This document shows positions 9,872 through 18,149 of a stretch of DNA of 64,000 nucleotides, in pieces. The notes beneath the pieces are model-generated. The model had not been told where the DNA came from. It worked only from the letters and a program-made list of their open reading frames with translations, and ran no database searches. The DNA is from an uncultured delta proteobacterium (lineage in GTDB: Bacteria > Myxococcota > Myxococcia > Myxococcales > Anaeromyxobacteraceae): NCBI GenBank assembly GCA_963766715.1, contig CAVYBH010000001.1, forward strand, positions 128,001-192,000, given 5' to 3'. The translations under genes were made by a program, and so were the position numbers. Position 1 is the first letter of the stretch; every line of letters starts with the position of its first letter.

Positions 9872-10075
9872 CTACTTCTTGCCGCGGTTCATCACCTTGA
9901 GGAGCAGCCAGATGACGACGCCCAGGGCGGCGACGCCGCCGAGGAGCGCGAAGAAGGTGCCCGGGCCGGCGTTCATCTCGGTCACGCCGGTGTCGGCCGA
10001 ATCCGAGGCGAGCGCGACGGTCGAGGTCGCGAGGGCGGTGGTGGCTGCCGCTGCCTGCATCAGGAACTTCTTCAT
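9872..10075 (-). CDS. Small 67-aa protein: signal peptide, acidic segment, one TM helix, basic tail
   Basis: MKKFLMQAAAATTALATSTVALA-SDSADTGVTEMNAGPGTFFALLGGVAALGVVIWLLLKVMNRGKK; GGAG RBS 8 nt upstream; GC-rich third codon positions. Confidence 0.72.
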   Translation of the reverse strand: MKKFLMQAAAATTALATSTVALASDSADTGVTEMNAGPGTFFALLGGVAALGVVIWLLLKVMNRGKK

Positions 10076-10111
10076 CTGGTGATCTCCGCTCTGGTGAATG
10101 CTTCTGGAACG

Positions 10112-10140
10112 AAACCCCCCTCGCCGTGAGGCGAGGGGGG
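10112..10140 (-). terminator. Hairpin/terminator after the MHS transporter
   Basis: Minus strand CCCCCCTCGCC-TCAC-GGCGAGGGGGG followed by TTT. Confidence 0.6.
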
Positions 10141-10166
10141 CGGGAACTTCGAAATCGATCTGCCCG

Positions 10167-11843
10167 CTACGCGTCGTGGTGGATGGCTGCGTTCGGATCC
10201 GTGTCCTTGAGGAACAGGGAGCCGACCACGAGCGACATCACGGCGATGGCGATCGGGTACCACAGGCCGGAGTAGATGTCACCGGTGGCGGTCACGATGG
10301 CGAACGCAATCGTGGGGAGGAAGCCGCCGAACCAGCCGTTGCCGATGTGGTACGGCAGCGACATCGAGGTGTAGCGGATGCGGGCCGGGAACATCTCGAC
10401 CAGGTAGGCGCCGATGGGGGCGTACACCATGGTCACGTAGATGACGAGGATGACGAGGAGGAAGATCAGCATCGGCGTGTTGACCCGCGTGAGGTCAGCC
10501 TTGGCCGGGTAGGTCTTCGTGAGCGCCGACGCCTTCGCGCCGAAGGCCGCCGACTGGGCCTTGAAGTCCGCCGGAGCGAGCGCGACGCCGTCGAAGGCCT
10601 CGAGCTTCTCGGAGCCGACCGTCATGTAGGCGACGGCGCCGGCCGGGAGGGCCTCGTTGGTGTACGGGATGCCCTTCTTCGACAGGAAGCTCTTCGCCAC
10701 GTCGCAGGACTTCTTGAAGGTGGCCTTGCCGACGGGGTCGAACTGGAAGGTGCAGTTGTTCGGGTCGGCGAAGACCTTCACCGGGTACTGCTGGGTGGCC
10801 TCGAGGAGGGCCGGGTTGGCCGCCTTGGTGATGCCGCGGAAGATGGGGAAGTAGGTCGCGGCGGCGAGCAGCAGGCCGGCCATGATGATCCACTTGCGGC
10901 CCAGCTTGTCGGAGAGCGCGCCGAAGATGATGAAGAACGGCGTGCCGATGATGAGGGCGGCGGCGATGACGAGGTTGCCGAACTGGGGGTCGACCTTGAG
11001 GATGTTGATGACGAAGAAGAGCTCGTAGAACATGCCCGTGTACCAGACCACGCCCTGGCCGGCGACGGCGCCGAAGAGGGCGAGGAGCACGATCTTGAGG
11101 TTGCGCCACTTGAGGAAGGACTCGGTGAGCGGCGCCTTCGAGCCCTTGCCCTCTTCCTTCATGCGCTTGAACACCGGCGACTCGGACAGCTGGAGCCGGA
11201 TCCACACCGAGATGCCGAGCAGCGCGATGGAGAGGAGGAACGGAACGCGCCAGCCCCACTCCTCGAACTTGGCGGTGCCGATCAGGATGCGGGTGCCGAG
11301 GATCACGAGCAGCGAGAGGAACAGGCCGAGGGTGGCCGTCGTCTGGATGAAGCTCGTGAAGTAGCCGCGGCGGCCGTCCGGCGAGTGCTCGGCCACGTAG
11401 GTGGCCGCACCGCCGTACTCGCCGCCGAGGGCGAGGCCCTGGAAGAGGCGGAGGGTGATGAGGATGATCGGCGCCGTGATGCCGAGCGTCGCGTACCCGG
11501 GCAGGAGGCCGACGATGAAGGTCGCGCCGCCCATCAGGAGGATGGTGATGAGGAAGGTGTACTTGCGGCCGATCAGGTCGCCGAGGCGCCCGAAGACGAT
11601 GGCCCCGAAGGGGCGCACGAAGAAGCCGGCGGCGAAGGCGAGCAGGGCGAAGATGAACGAGGTGGCCTCGTTCACCGCGACGAAGAAGTGCTTGGCGATG
11701 ATCGCGGCCAGCGATCCGTAGAGGTAGAAGTCGTACCACTCGAAGACCGTTCCGAGCGATGAGGCGAAGACGACCATCCGTTCTGCCTTGGTCATCCCGG
11801 CGCCAGTCGAGCTGAGTTCGGGGGTCTGGGGGGAAACGGCCAT
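10167..11843 (-). CDS. MFS transporter, metabolite:H+ symporter (MHS) family, with a large extra loop
   Basis: ASSLGTVFEWYDFYLYG, RPFGAIVFGRLGDLIGRK, QGLALGGEYGGAATYVAEH, WGWRVPFL, EMFPARIRYTSMSLPYHIGNGWFGG; ATG 11843 after GGAGG. Confidence 0.92.
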   Translation of the reverse strand: MAVSPQTPELSSTGAGMTKAERMVVFASSLGTVFEWYDFYLYGSLAAIIAKHFFVAVNEATSFIFALLAFAAGFFVRPFGAIVFGRLGDLIGRKYTFLITILLMGGATFIVGLLPGYATLGITAPIILITLRLFQGLALGGEYGGAATYVAEHSPDGRRGYFTSFIQTTATLGLFLSLLVILGTRILIGTAKFEEWGWRVPFLLSIALLGISVWIRLQLSESPVFKRMKEEGKGSKAPLTESFLKWRNLKIVLLALFGAVAGQGVVWYTGMFYELFFVINILKVDPQFGNLVIAAALIIGTPFFIIFGALSDKLGRKWIIMAGLLLAAATYFPIFRGITKAANPALLEATQQYPVKVFADPNNCTFQFDPVGKATFKKSCDVAKSFLSKKGIPYTNEALPAGAVAYMTVGSEKLEAFDGVALAPADFKAQSAAFGAKASALTKTYPAKADLTRVNTPMLIFLLVILVIYVTMVYAPIGAYLVEMFPARIRYTSMSLPYHIGNGWFGGFLPTIAFAIVTATGDIYSGLWYPIAIAVMSLVVGSLFLKDTDPNAAIHHDA

Positions 11844-12010
11844 TGTTGATCCTCCGCGGGGGGTGTGTGTGTGTCGGTGAGGTCTGCGCGTCGTGCGACT
11901 GAAGCCTGGGGGGCCCGGTACAAAGGGAACCGACACCTTATTACAGTTGCGCGCAATTTTGGAACCCCAGCGCACCACTTGCGCGAAAAAGCTACGCCGC
12001 ACTGCGCAAA

Positions 12011-12026
12011 ATTGACGCGGGTCAAT
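12011..12026. promoter_or_regulatory. Palindromic TTGAC-N4-GTCAA site (FNR/CRP-like spacing) in a divergent promoter region
   Basis: ATTGAC-GCGG-GTCAAT, flanked by GCGCAAA (12004-12010) and TTTGCGC (12031-12037) in an AT-enriched intergenic region. Confidence 0.5.
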
Positions 12027-12184
12027 GTGATTTGCGCCAGGCTTTGCGTGGGAATCGCGCTGCGGCCTGCGCGTGCACCGCACCCGCTCCGGATGGGTTG
12101 TTACTCTCCGTGAGGGGCGTCCGCGCGATCGCGGGTCCCGTCCGGGCAGGGTCATCCCGGATGGCGCGTGCTATCGTCCCGCCG

Positions 12185-13988
12185 ATGGCCGCCCTCGATC
12201 CCGTCGCCTTCGTCCGAGCCACGCCCCCGTTCGACAGCCTTTCCCCGGAGCTCTTCGACTCGGCGTCGAAGAGCCTGGAGGTCATCTACTACCCGACCGG
12301 TACGAAGCTCGTGACCGTCGGGGAGAAGCCCCTCGAGCACCTCTACGTGATCCGCAAGGGAGCCATCCGGCTGGAGCGCGGAGGGCAGACCATCCAGGTG
12401 CTCGAGGAGGGGGAGACCTTCGGCTACACCTCGCTCATCACCGGGAAGGCCACGCTCGACGGGGTCGTCGAGGAGGACCTGCTCGCCTACCGGATCCCGG
12501 GCGAGGAGTTCCGCCGGCTGCTCTCCGACGCCCGCTTCGCCTGCCACTTCGCCGCCGGGATCGCCACGCGCCTCGAGGCCAGCCTGGAGCAGTCGCCGGT
12601 GGCCACCTTCCGCGTCGACCTGGCCGCGCCGGTCGAGACGCTGGTCCGGCGCCCGGCCGTCTGGGTGGACGCCGACGCGACGGTCGGCGACGCGGCCCGC
12701 CTCATGACCGAGGAGCGCGTCTCGTCGGTGCTGGTCCGCGGGCAGCCGCCCGGCATCGTCACCGACCGGGACTTCCGCGGCCGCGTGCTGGCCCAGGGGC
12801 TGGGGCCCGCCACGCCGGTCGAGCGGGTCCTCTCCCGGCCCCTCAAGCACGTCGAGGGCGCCATGCCGGTCCACGAGGCGTGGGCCGTCCTCCTCGAGGC
12901 CAACGTCCACCATCTCCCCGTGGTGCAGGACGGCCAGATCGTCGGGGTCCTCACCGACACCGACCTGCTCAAGCACACCTCCCAGGGCCCGGTCGCGGTG
13001 CTCCGCCTCGTGGAGAAGCTGCCGGGGCGCGAGAGCCTGCCGGGCTATTCCCGCAAGGTCACCGAGATGGTCGCGTCCCTGCTCGCCGGCGGGCTGCGTC
13101 CGGTGGTGATCGCCGGGTTCGTGGCCCAGCTGAACGACGCGCTCATGAAGCGGATCCTCCACTGGGCGGAGCAGGACCTGGGCGAGCCTCCCGCGCCCTA
13201 CGCCTGGCTCGCCCTCGGCTCGGAGGGGCGCCAGGAGCAGACCCTCCTCACCGACCAGGACAACGCCATCGTCTTCGCCGACGAGGGCGCCGCCTCGCGC
13301 GAGTACTACGTGGCGCTCGCCGACCGGGCCAACACCGACCTCGCCGCGGCGGGCTTCCCGAAGTGTCCGGGCGGCTACATGGCCCGGAACTACTCGGGCA
13401 CGCTCACCGAGTGGCGCGACCGCTTCGCCGGCTGGGTGGGCGACCCCACCGCCCAGAGCGTCCTCGAGGCGGCCATCTTCTTCGACTACCGGCGCGTGGC
13501 CGGGTCGCTGTCGCTCGAGCCGCTCCAGGAGGTGCTGGAGGGGATCCCCAAGCGCGAGTCCTTCGTGCGCGGCCTGGTGCGCCAGGCGCTCGACTTCCGG
13601 CCCCCGCCGCTCCTGGTGATGCGGCTCCGCGGCGGGGCCACCGAGCTCGACCTCAAGAGGCAGGGGATCGCACCGGTGGTCTTCCTGGCCCGCTGCTACG
13701 CGCTGGCGGTGGGGAGCACACGCCCGCAACACGCTCGATCGGCTGCAGGCGGCCACGCGCGCCGGGCTCATGGGCCCCGACGCGAGCGCCACGGTCATGG
13801 AGGCCTACCGCTTCCTCCTCGGGCTGCGGCTGCGCCTGCAGCTGAAGATGCTCTCGGAGGGGAAGCCGCCCACCAACGTGGTCTCCCTCTCGCAGCTCTC
13901 CGCCATCGAGCGGAGCCGGCTCAAGGACTCGCTCCGGGCCATCGCCTCCTGGCAGGACAAGGCCGCGTACCGGTACCAGGTGGTCTGA
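12185..13988 (+). CDS. cNMP-binding / CBS-pair / DUF294 putative nucleotidyltransferase; frameshift near 13719
   Basis: PPFDSL...LYVIRKGAI...GETFG (cNMP), two CBS domains (GIVTDRDFR; VHHLPVV...VGVLTDTDLL), ALGSEGRQEQTLLTDQDNA (NTase motif), DLKRQGIAP; C-terminus continues in ORF 13770-13988. Confidence 0.88.
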
Positions 13989-14004
13989 GCGGCCGGGGCC
14001 CCGC

Positions 14005-14607
14005 GTGCTGTTCGGCTCGCCACGGTGGGACGTCCCGGTCTACTGGGCGCTCGATCTCGAGACGGGCGGGCTCGACGCGCGGACCGACCCCATCATCTCG
14101 GTGGGCATGGTGCCGCTCCGCGGCGGCATCATCCGGCTGGGCGAGGCCTTCTCCACCCTGATCCGCCCCGACCCGGGGCGCCCCATCCGGCCCGAGTCGG
14201 TGCGGGCGCACCAGCTGCTGGCCGGCGACCTCCGCAAGGCGCCCCCGCTCGGCGCGGTGCTCCTGGAGGTCGACCGCCGGCTGGCCGACGGCGTGCTCCT
14301 CGTCCACAACCGGGGCATCGACATCCCGTTCCTCAAGGGAGGGCACGCCCGGACCGGCCTCAAGTGGCGAAAGCCCCAGGTGGTGGACACCGTCGACCTG
14401 ATCGTCAAGACCGCCGCGCGCCGCCGGTTCCTGCGCCCGGCCAGCGGGGACGAGATGCCCTCCCTCAACCTCTCCGAGGCGCGCCGCGCCCACGGCCTCC
14501 CCGACTACGAGGCCCACGACGCGCTCATCGACGCGGTGTCGACGGCGGAGCTGTTCCTGGTCCTTCGCCAGGCGCTGGGAGCGAAGACGCTCCGCGACCT
14601 GCGCTGA
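14005..14607 (+). CDS. DEDDh 3'-5' exonuclease (DnaQ-like), usual DUF294 partner
   Basis: ALDLETGGLD, IISVGMV, VHNRGIDIPFL, VDTVDL, AHDALIDA. Confidence 0.88.
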   Translation: MLFGSPRWDVPVYWALDLETGGLDARTDPIISVGMVPLRGGIIRLGEAFSTLIRPDPGRPIRPESVRAHQLLAGDLRKAPPLGAVLLEVDRRLADGVLLVHNRGIDIPFLKGGHARTGLKWRKPQVVDTVDLIVKTAARRRFLRPASGDEMPSLNLSEARRAHGLPDYEAHDALIDAVSTAELFLVLRQALGAKTLRDLR

Positions 14608-15754
14608 GGAGCGAGGCCGGGAGCGCGAGCAGCGCGGCCAGCGCCAGGAGCTCCGCGCCGCCCGCCCAGGCGAAGAGCGGGCCGACGCCGTGGTACCGGT
14701 CGTAGCCGACCCCGGAGAGCTGGTACCCGACCGCGTTGCCGAGCCCGAAGACCACGGCGGCGAAGATGGCCTGCCCCGTGGCCCGCAGCCGCGACGGCAC
14801 GGCCCGGGACATGGCGTCCATGGCCGCTCCCCAGAACAGGCCGAACGTGAAGGCGTGCAGGAGCTGGAGCGCGACCACCGCCGCCGCCCCGGTCGCGCGG
14901 GAGAGCAGGAACCAGCGAAGCGCGCTCACCGCGAATGAGACGGCCAGGATGGCCCGCAGCGAGAAGCGCCGGGCGATGCGGGGGAAGGCGAGGAGCGCGA
15001 CGACCTCCGCCGCCACGCCCACCGTCATCCCCACGCCGGTGACGCTGGCCGGCATCCCCAGGTCGCGCACGAAGAGGCCGAAGAGGAGGTGGAAGGGCGC
15101 CGTGGCGCCCCAGTGGACGGAGAAGACGACGAGCAGCGCGAGCAGCGGCCCGTGCGCGAGGAGGCCGGCCATCTCCCGGAACCGGGGAGGGTGGGGAGGC
15201 GCCGGCGCCGCCGAGAGGTACCGGGCCACCAGCGCGTAGGCCCCCACGCAGGCGACCACCGCGATCGGCACGAGCGGGTCGCCCGGGCGGTCGCCGCGCC
15301 AGGTGAGGAGGAGGCCCAGCGTCGAGGTGAGGACCGCGAAGCCCACCGATCCGAAGAGCCGGATGCGCGCGTAGGTGGTGGCCGGGTGGTGGGCGGCCCA
15401 CTCCACGGTCACCGAGTCGACGAGGGGGACCACGGCCCGATCGGCGAGCGAGTAGGCGAGCAGCACCGCGCCCACGGCGAGCGGGGTCCGGGCGACCGGC
15501 AAGAGGAGCACCGCCAGGAACGCCCAGGCCGTGGCCATGCCCAGCACCCGGGCCGGGGCCCGGAGCCGGTCGGCCGCCGTGGACCAGGCGATGGCGACGG
15601 GAACGGCGACGAGCGGCCCGATCATCTGGACGGTGCCAATCTGCTCCCCCGTGAACCCGAGCCCGCGCAGGTACGGGGCGAAGTAGGGGAGGAGGGTCCC
15701 GACGCCGCCGTAGTAGGCGAAGTAGAAGAGGCGAAGTCGCGTGGCGGGGGACAT
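14525..15754 (-). CDS. MFS transporter (MFS_1-like / HcaT-type)
   Basis: LFYFAYYGGVGTLLPYF, YARIRLFGSVGF, AAEVVAL, QLLHAFTFGLFW, RATGQA. The 3' end overlaps the exonuclease by about 80 nt, so the stop is uncertain. Confidence 0.8.
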   Translation of the reverse strand: MSPATRLRLFYFAYYGGVGTLLPYFAPYLRGLGFTGEQIGTVQMIGPLVAVPVAIAWSTAADRLRAPARVLGMATAWAFLAVLLLPVARTPLAVGAVLLAYSLADRAVVPLVDSVTVEWAAHHPATTYARIRLFGSVGFAVLTSTLGLLLTWRGDRPGDPLVPIAVVACVGAYALVARYLSAAPAPPHPPRFREMAGLLAHGPLLALLVVFSVHWGATAPFHLLFGLFVRDLGMPASVTGVGMTVGVAAEVVALLAFPRIARRFSLRAILAVSFAVSALRWFLLSRATGAAAVVALQLLHAFTFGLFWGAAMDAMSRAVPSRLRATGQAIFAAVVFGLGNAVGYQLSGVGYDRYHGVGPLFAWAGGAELLALAALLALPASLLSAGRGASSLPAPGEGPGTAPPSTPRR

Positions 15755-15773
15755 CGGCTAGACTCGCTCTACC

Positions 15774-16805
15774 ATGGACGACGTCGTCGGGATGGTGCTG
15801 GCTGCTGGATTCGGCACGCGCCTGCGGCCGCTCACCGACGTCCTTCCGAAGCCTGCGGTCCCGGTGGGCGGGCTCCCGCTCCTCCAGTTCGCCCTGGCGC
15901 GGCTGCGCGCGGCGGGGGCGGCCCGCGCGGTGGTGAACGCGCACCACCTTCCGGACGAGCTGGCGCGGGTGGCGGGCGAGGCGTCCCGCGGGGCCGGTGT
16001 GGCGGTCTCGATCTCCCGCGAGCCGGCCATCGCCGGGACCGGCGGGGCGCTCCGGGAGGCGAGGTCGCTGCTCGGCCGGGCCCGCGCCTTCGTCCTCTGG
16101 AACGGCGACGTCCTCTTCGACCTCGACCTGGCGGCGGTGGTCTCCGATCACCGGGCGAGCGGCGCGCTCGCCACGATGGTGCTCGCGCCCATGCCGCCCG
16201 GCGCCACCTACGCGACGGTCGACGTCGATCGGTCCATGGCGGTCCGGCGCATCGCGGGGCACGGTCCGGGCGGCGAGGGGCTCACCCCGCTCCACTTCAC
16301 CGGCGTGCACGTCCTCTCGCCCGCCCTCCTCGACCGCGTCCCGGCGGCGCCCTTCGCCTGCGACGTGAACCGGCACGTCTATCCGCCGCTCCTCGAGCGC
16401 GGCGAGGTCCGGGCCGTGGTGGCCGGCGGCTACTGGAACGACCTGGGAACGCCGGCGCGGTACCTCCAGGCGAACCTGGACCTGCTCTCCGGCGCGCCGG
16501 TGGCGCTGCCCGGCGCCGATCCCCTCGCCCCGCTTCGCGCCGCGCCTCACCGGGTGTGGATCGCCCCGGATGCCGAGGTGGAGCCGGGAGCGGAGATCCT
16601 GGGGCCGGCGCTGGTCGGCCCCGGCGCCCGGATCGAGGCGGGGGGACGGGTGGGTCCCGGCGCGGTGGTGGGGCGCGGGTGCCGGGTGCCCGACGGGGCG
16701 GCGGTCGAGCGGGCCGTCCTCTGGCCGGGCACGGTGCTCCGGCCCGGCGAGCGCGTCCTGGGCGCGGTGGCGGCGGGCGACCTCCGGGTCCTTGCGGAGG
16801 GTTAG
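15774..16805 (+). CDS. Sugar-1-phosphate nucleotidyltransferase with C-terminal hexapeptide repeats
   Basis: MVLAAGFGTRLRPLTDVLPKP, GTGGAL, WNGDVL, FTGVHV, WNDLGTP; repeats IAPDAEVEPGAEI...VGPGARI. Confidence 0.85.
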   Translation: MDDVVGMVLAAGFGTRLRPLTDVLPKPAVPVGGLPLLQFALARLRAAGAARAVVNAHHLPDELARVAGEASRGAGVAVSISREPAIAGTGGALREARSLLGRARAFVLWNGDVLFDLDLAAVVSDHRASGALATMVLAPMPPGATYATVDVDRSMAVRRIAGHGPGGEGLTPLHFTGVHVLSPALLDRVPAAPFACDVNRHVYPPLLERGEVRAVVAGGYWNDLGTPARYLQANLDLLSGAPVALPGADPLAPLRAAPHRVWIAPDAEVEPGAEILGPALVGPGARIEAGGRVGPGAVVGRGCRVPDGAAVERAVLWPGTVLRPGERVLGAVAAGDLRVLAEG

Positions 16806-16862
16806 CGGCGGGCGAGCGGCGGTCCAGCGGAGGGCCAACGGTCGCGCTGCGGCGCGACCCGC

Positions 16863-17603
16863 TCAGAGCTCGGCGACCTGCACCAGGATCGACGTCACGT
16901 TGTCGGCGCCTCCCGCATCCAGGGCGGCATCGAGGAGCAGCTGGTTCGCCCGGAGGATCTCGGCGCCCTCCTCCCGGAGGATCGCGGCCATCCGATCGTC
17001 GGGGAGCATCCCGAAGAGGCCGTCGCAGCAGAGGAGCAGGACGTCCCCCTGCCGGATCTCCACGCGCGACAGCTCCACCTCCACCTCCGGCCGCATCCCC
17101 ACGGCCCGGACGATCACGTTCTTGTGGGGGAAGGCGTCGATCTCGGCCTCGCTGGGATGGGCCTGCCGGATGAAGTCCTGGAGGAGGGAGTGGTCCTCGG
17201 TGAGCCGGCGGAGCTCGCCGTCCCGGAACAGGTAGGCCCGGCTGTCGCCCACGTGCGCCACGTGGAGCGGGCCGCCCTCGGCGAAGAACCCGGCCACGAG
17301 CGTGGTGCCCATTCCCGCGAGCGCGGGCTCGGCGCGGCCGCGGCCGTGGATCGCCCGGTTCGCGTTCTTCACGGCGGCGGCGAGACGCTCCTCGGGAGGG
17401 GGCCCCGCGGCCTCCCCCTCGGTGGCGCGGAAGTGGGCGGCCAGCTCGTCGATCGCCATCCGGCTCGCGACCTCCCCCGAGGCGTGGCCGCCGAGCCCGT
17501 CGGCGACGCAGAAGAGGCCGCACTCCGGCATCACGAGGAAGGCGTCCTCGTTGTGGCTCCGCTTGAGGCCGACGTCGGTGGCGCCGATGGCGGCGAGGCG
17601 CAT
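16863..17603 (-). CDS. PP2C/Stp1-family Ser/Thr phosphatase
   Basis: TDVGLKRSHNEDA, VADGLGGH, GMGTT, AHVGDSRAY, LTEDHS, CCDGL, GGADNVT. Confidence 0.93.
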   Translation of the reverse strand: MRLAAIGATDVGLKRSHNEDAFLVMPECGLFCVADGLGGHASGEVASRMAIDELAAHFRATEGEAAGPPPEERLAAAVKNANRAIHGRGRAEPALAGMGTTLVAGFFAEGGPLHVAHVGDSRAYLFRDGELRRLTEDHSLLQDFIRQAHPSEAEIDAFPHKNVIVRAVGMRPEVEVELSRVEIRQGDVLLLCCDGLFGMLPDDRMAAILREEGAEILRANQLLLDAALDAGGADNVTSILVQVAEL

Positions 17604-17654
17604 GGATCGACACTAGAGTGCAGCCCTCCACCGGTCAAAGGATACGCTCGGCCC

Positions 17655-18140
17655 ATGTCCGACCTCTCGCCGCCCGTCCCGCCCCTCCACGTCGTCCTGG
17701 TGGCCCCGCAGATCCCGCCCAACACGGGCAACGCGGCCCGGACCTGCGCGGTGACCGGAACCCGGCTCCACCTCGTCCAGCCCATCGGCTTCTCGCTCGC
17801 CGAGAAGGACCTGCGCCGGGCCGGGCTCGACTACTGGGACGACGTGGCGCCGGAGATCCACGGCAGCTGGGCCGAGTTCGAGGCCCGGCACGTGCGCGGG
17901 GAGCCGGGCCGGCTCCACCTCTTCAGCGCGCGGGCCGGGCAGACCCTCTTCGACGTTCGCTTCGCTCCCGGGGACTTCCTGGTCTTCGGGCAGGAGCAGC
18001 TCGGGCTGCCGCCGGCCTTGCTCTCCGCCTGGCCCGAACGGGCGGTATCCATCCCCATGCTGCCCGGAAAGCGCAGCCTCAACCTGGCGGTGTCTGTGGG
18101 TGTGGGTGTGTACGGCGCACTTCGATCGCTGTCGGAGTAA
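17655..18140 (+). CDS. trmL: tRNA (cytidine/uridine-2'-O)-methyltransferase TrmL
   Basis: HVVLVAPQIPPNTGNAARTCA, LRRAGLDYW, VFGQEQLGLP, IPM...RSLNLA. Confidence 0.9.
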   Translation: MSDLSPPVPPLHVVLVAPQIPPNTGNAARTCAVTGTRLHLVQPIGFSLAEKDLRRAGLDYWDDVAPEIHGSWAEFEARHVRGEPGRLHLFSARAGQTLFDVRFAPGDFLVFGQEQLGLPPALLSAWPERAVSIPMLPGKRSLNLAVSVGVGVYGALRSLSE

Positions 18141-18149
18141 GATTCCCAA

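Noticed and set aside
12185..14607. CBASS-like or other anti-phage nucleotidyltransferase + nuclease system
   Set aside because: The NTase is the cNMP-CBS-DUF294 (GlnD-like) type in a transporter context, with no CD-NTase features, effector genes or defence-island neighbours.
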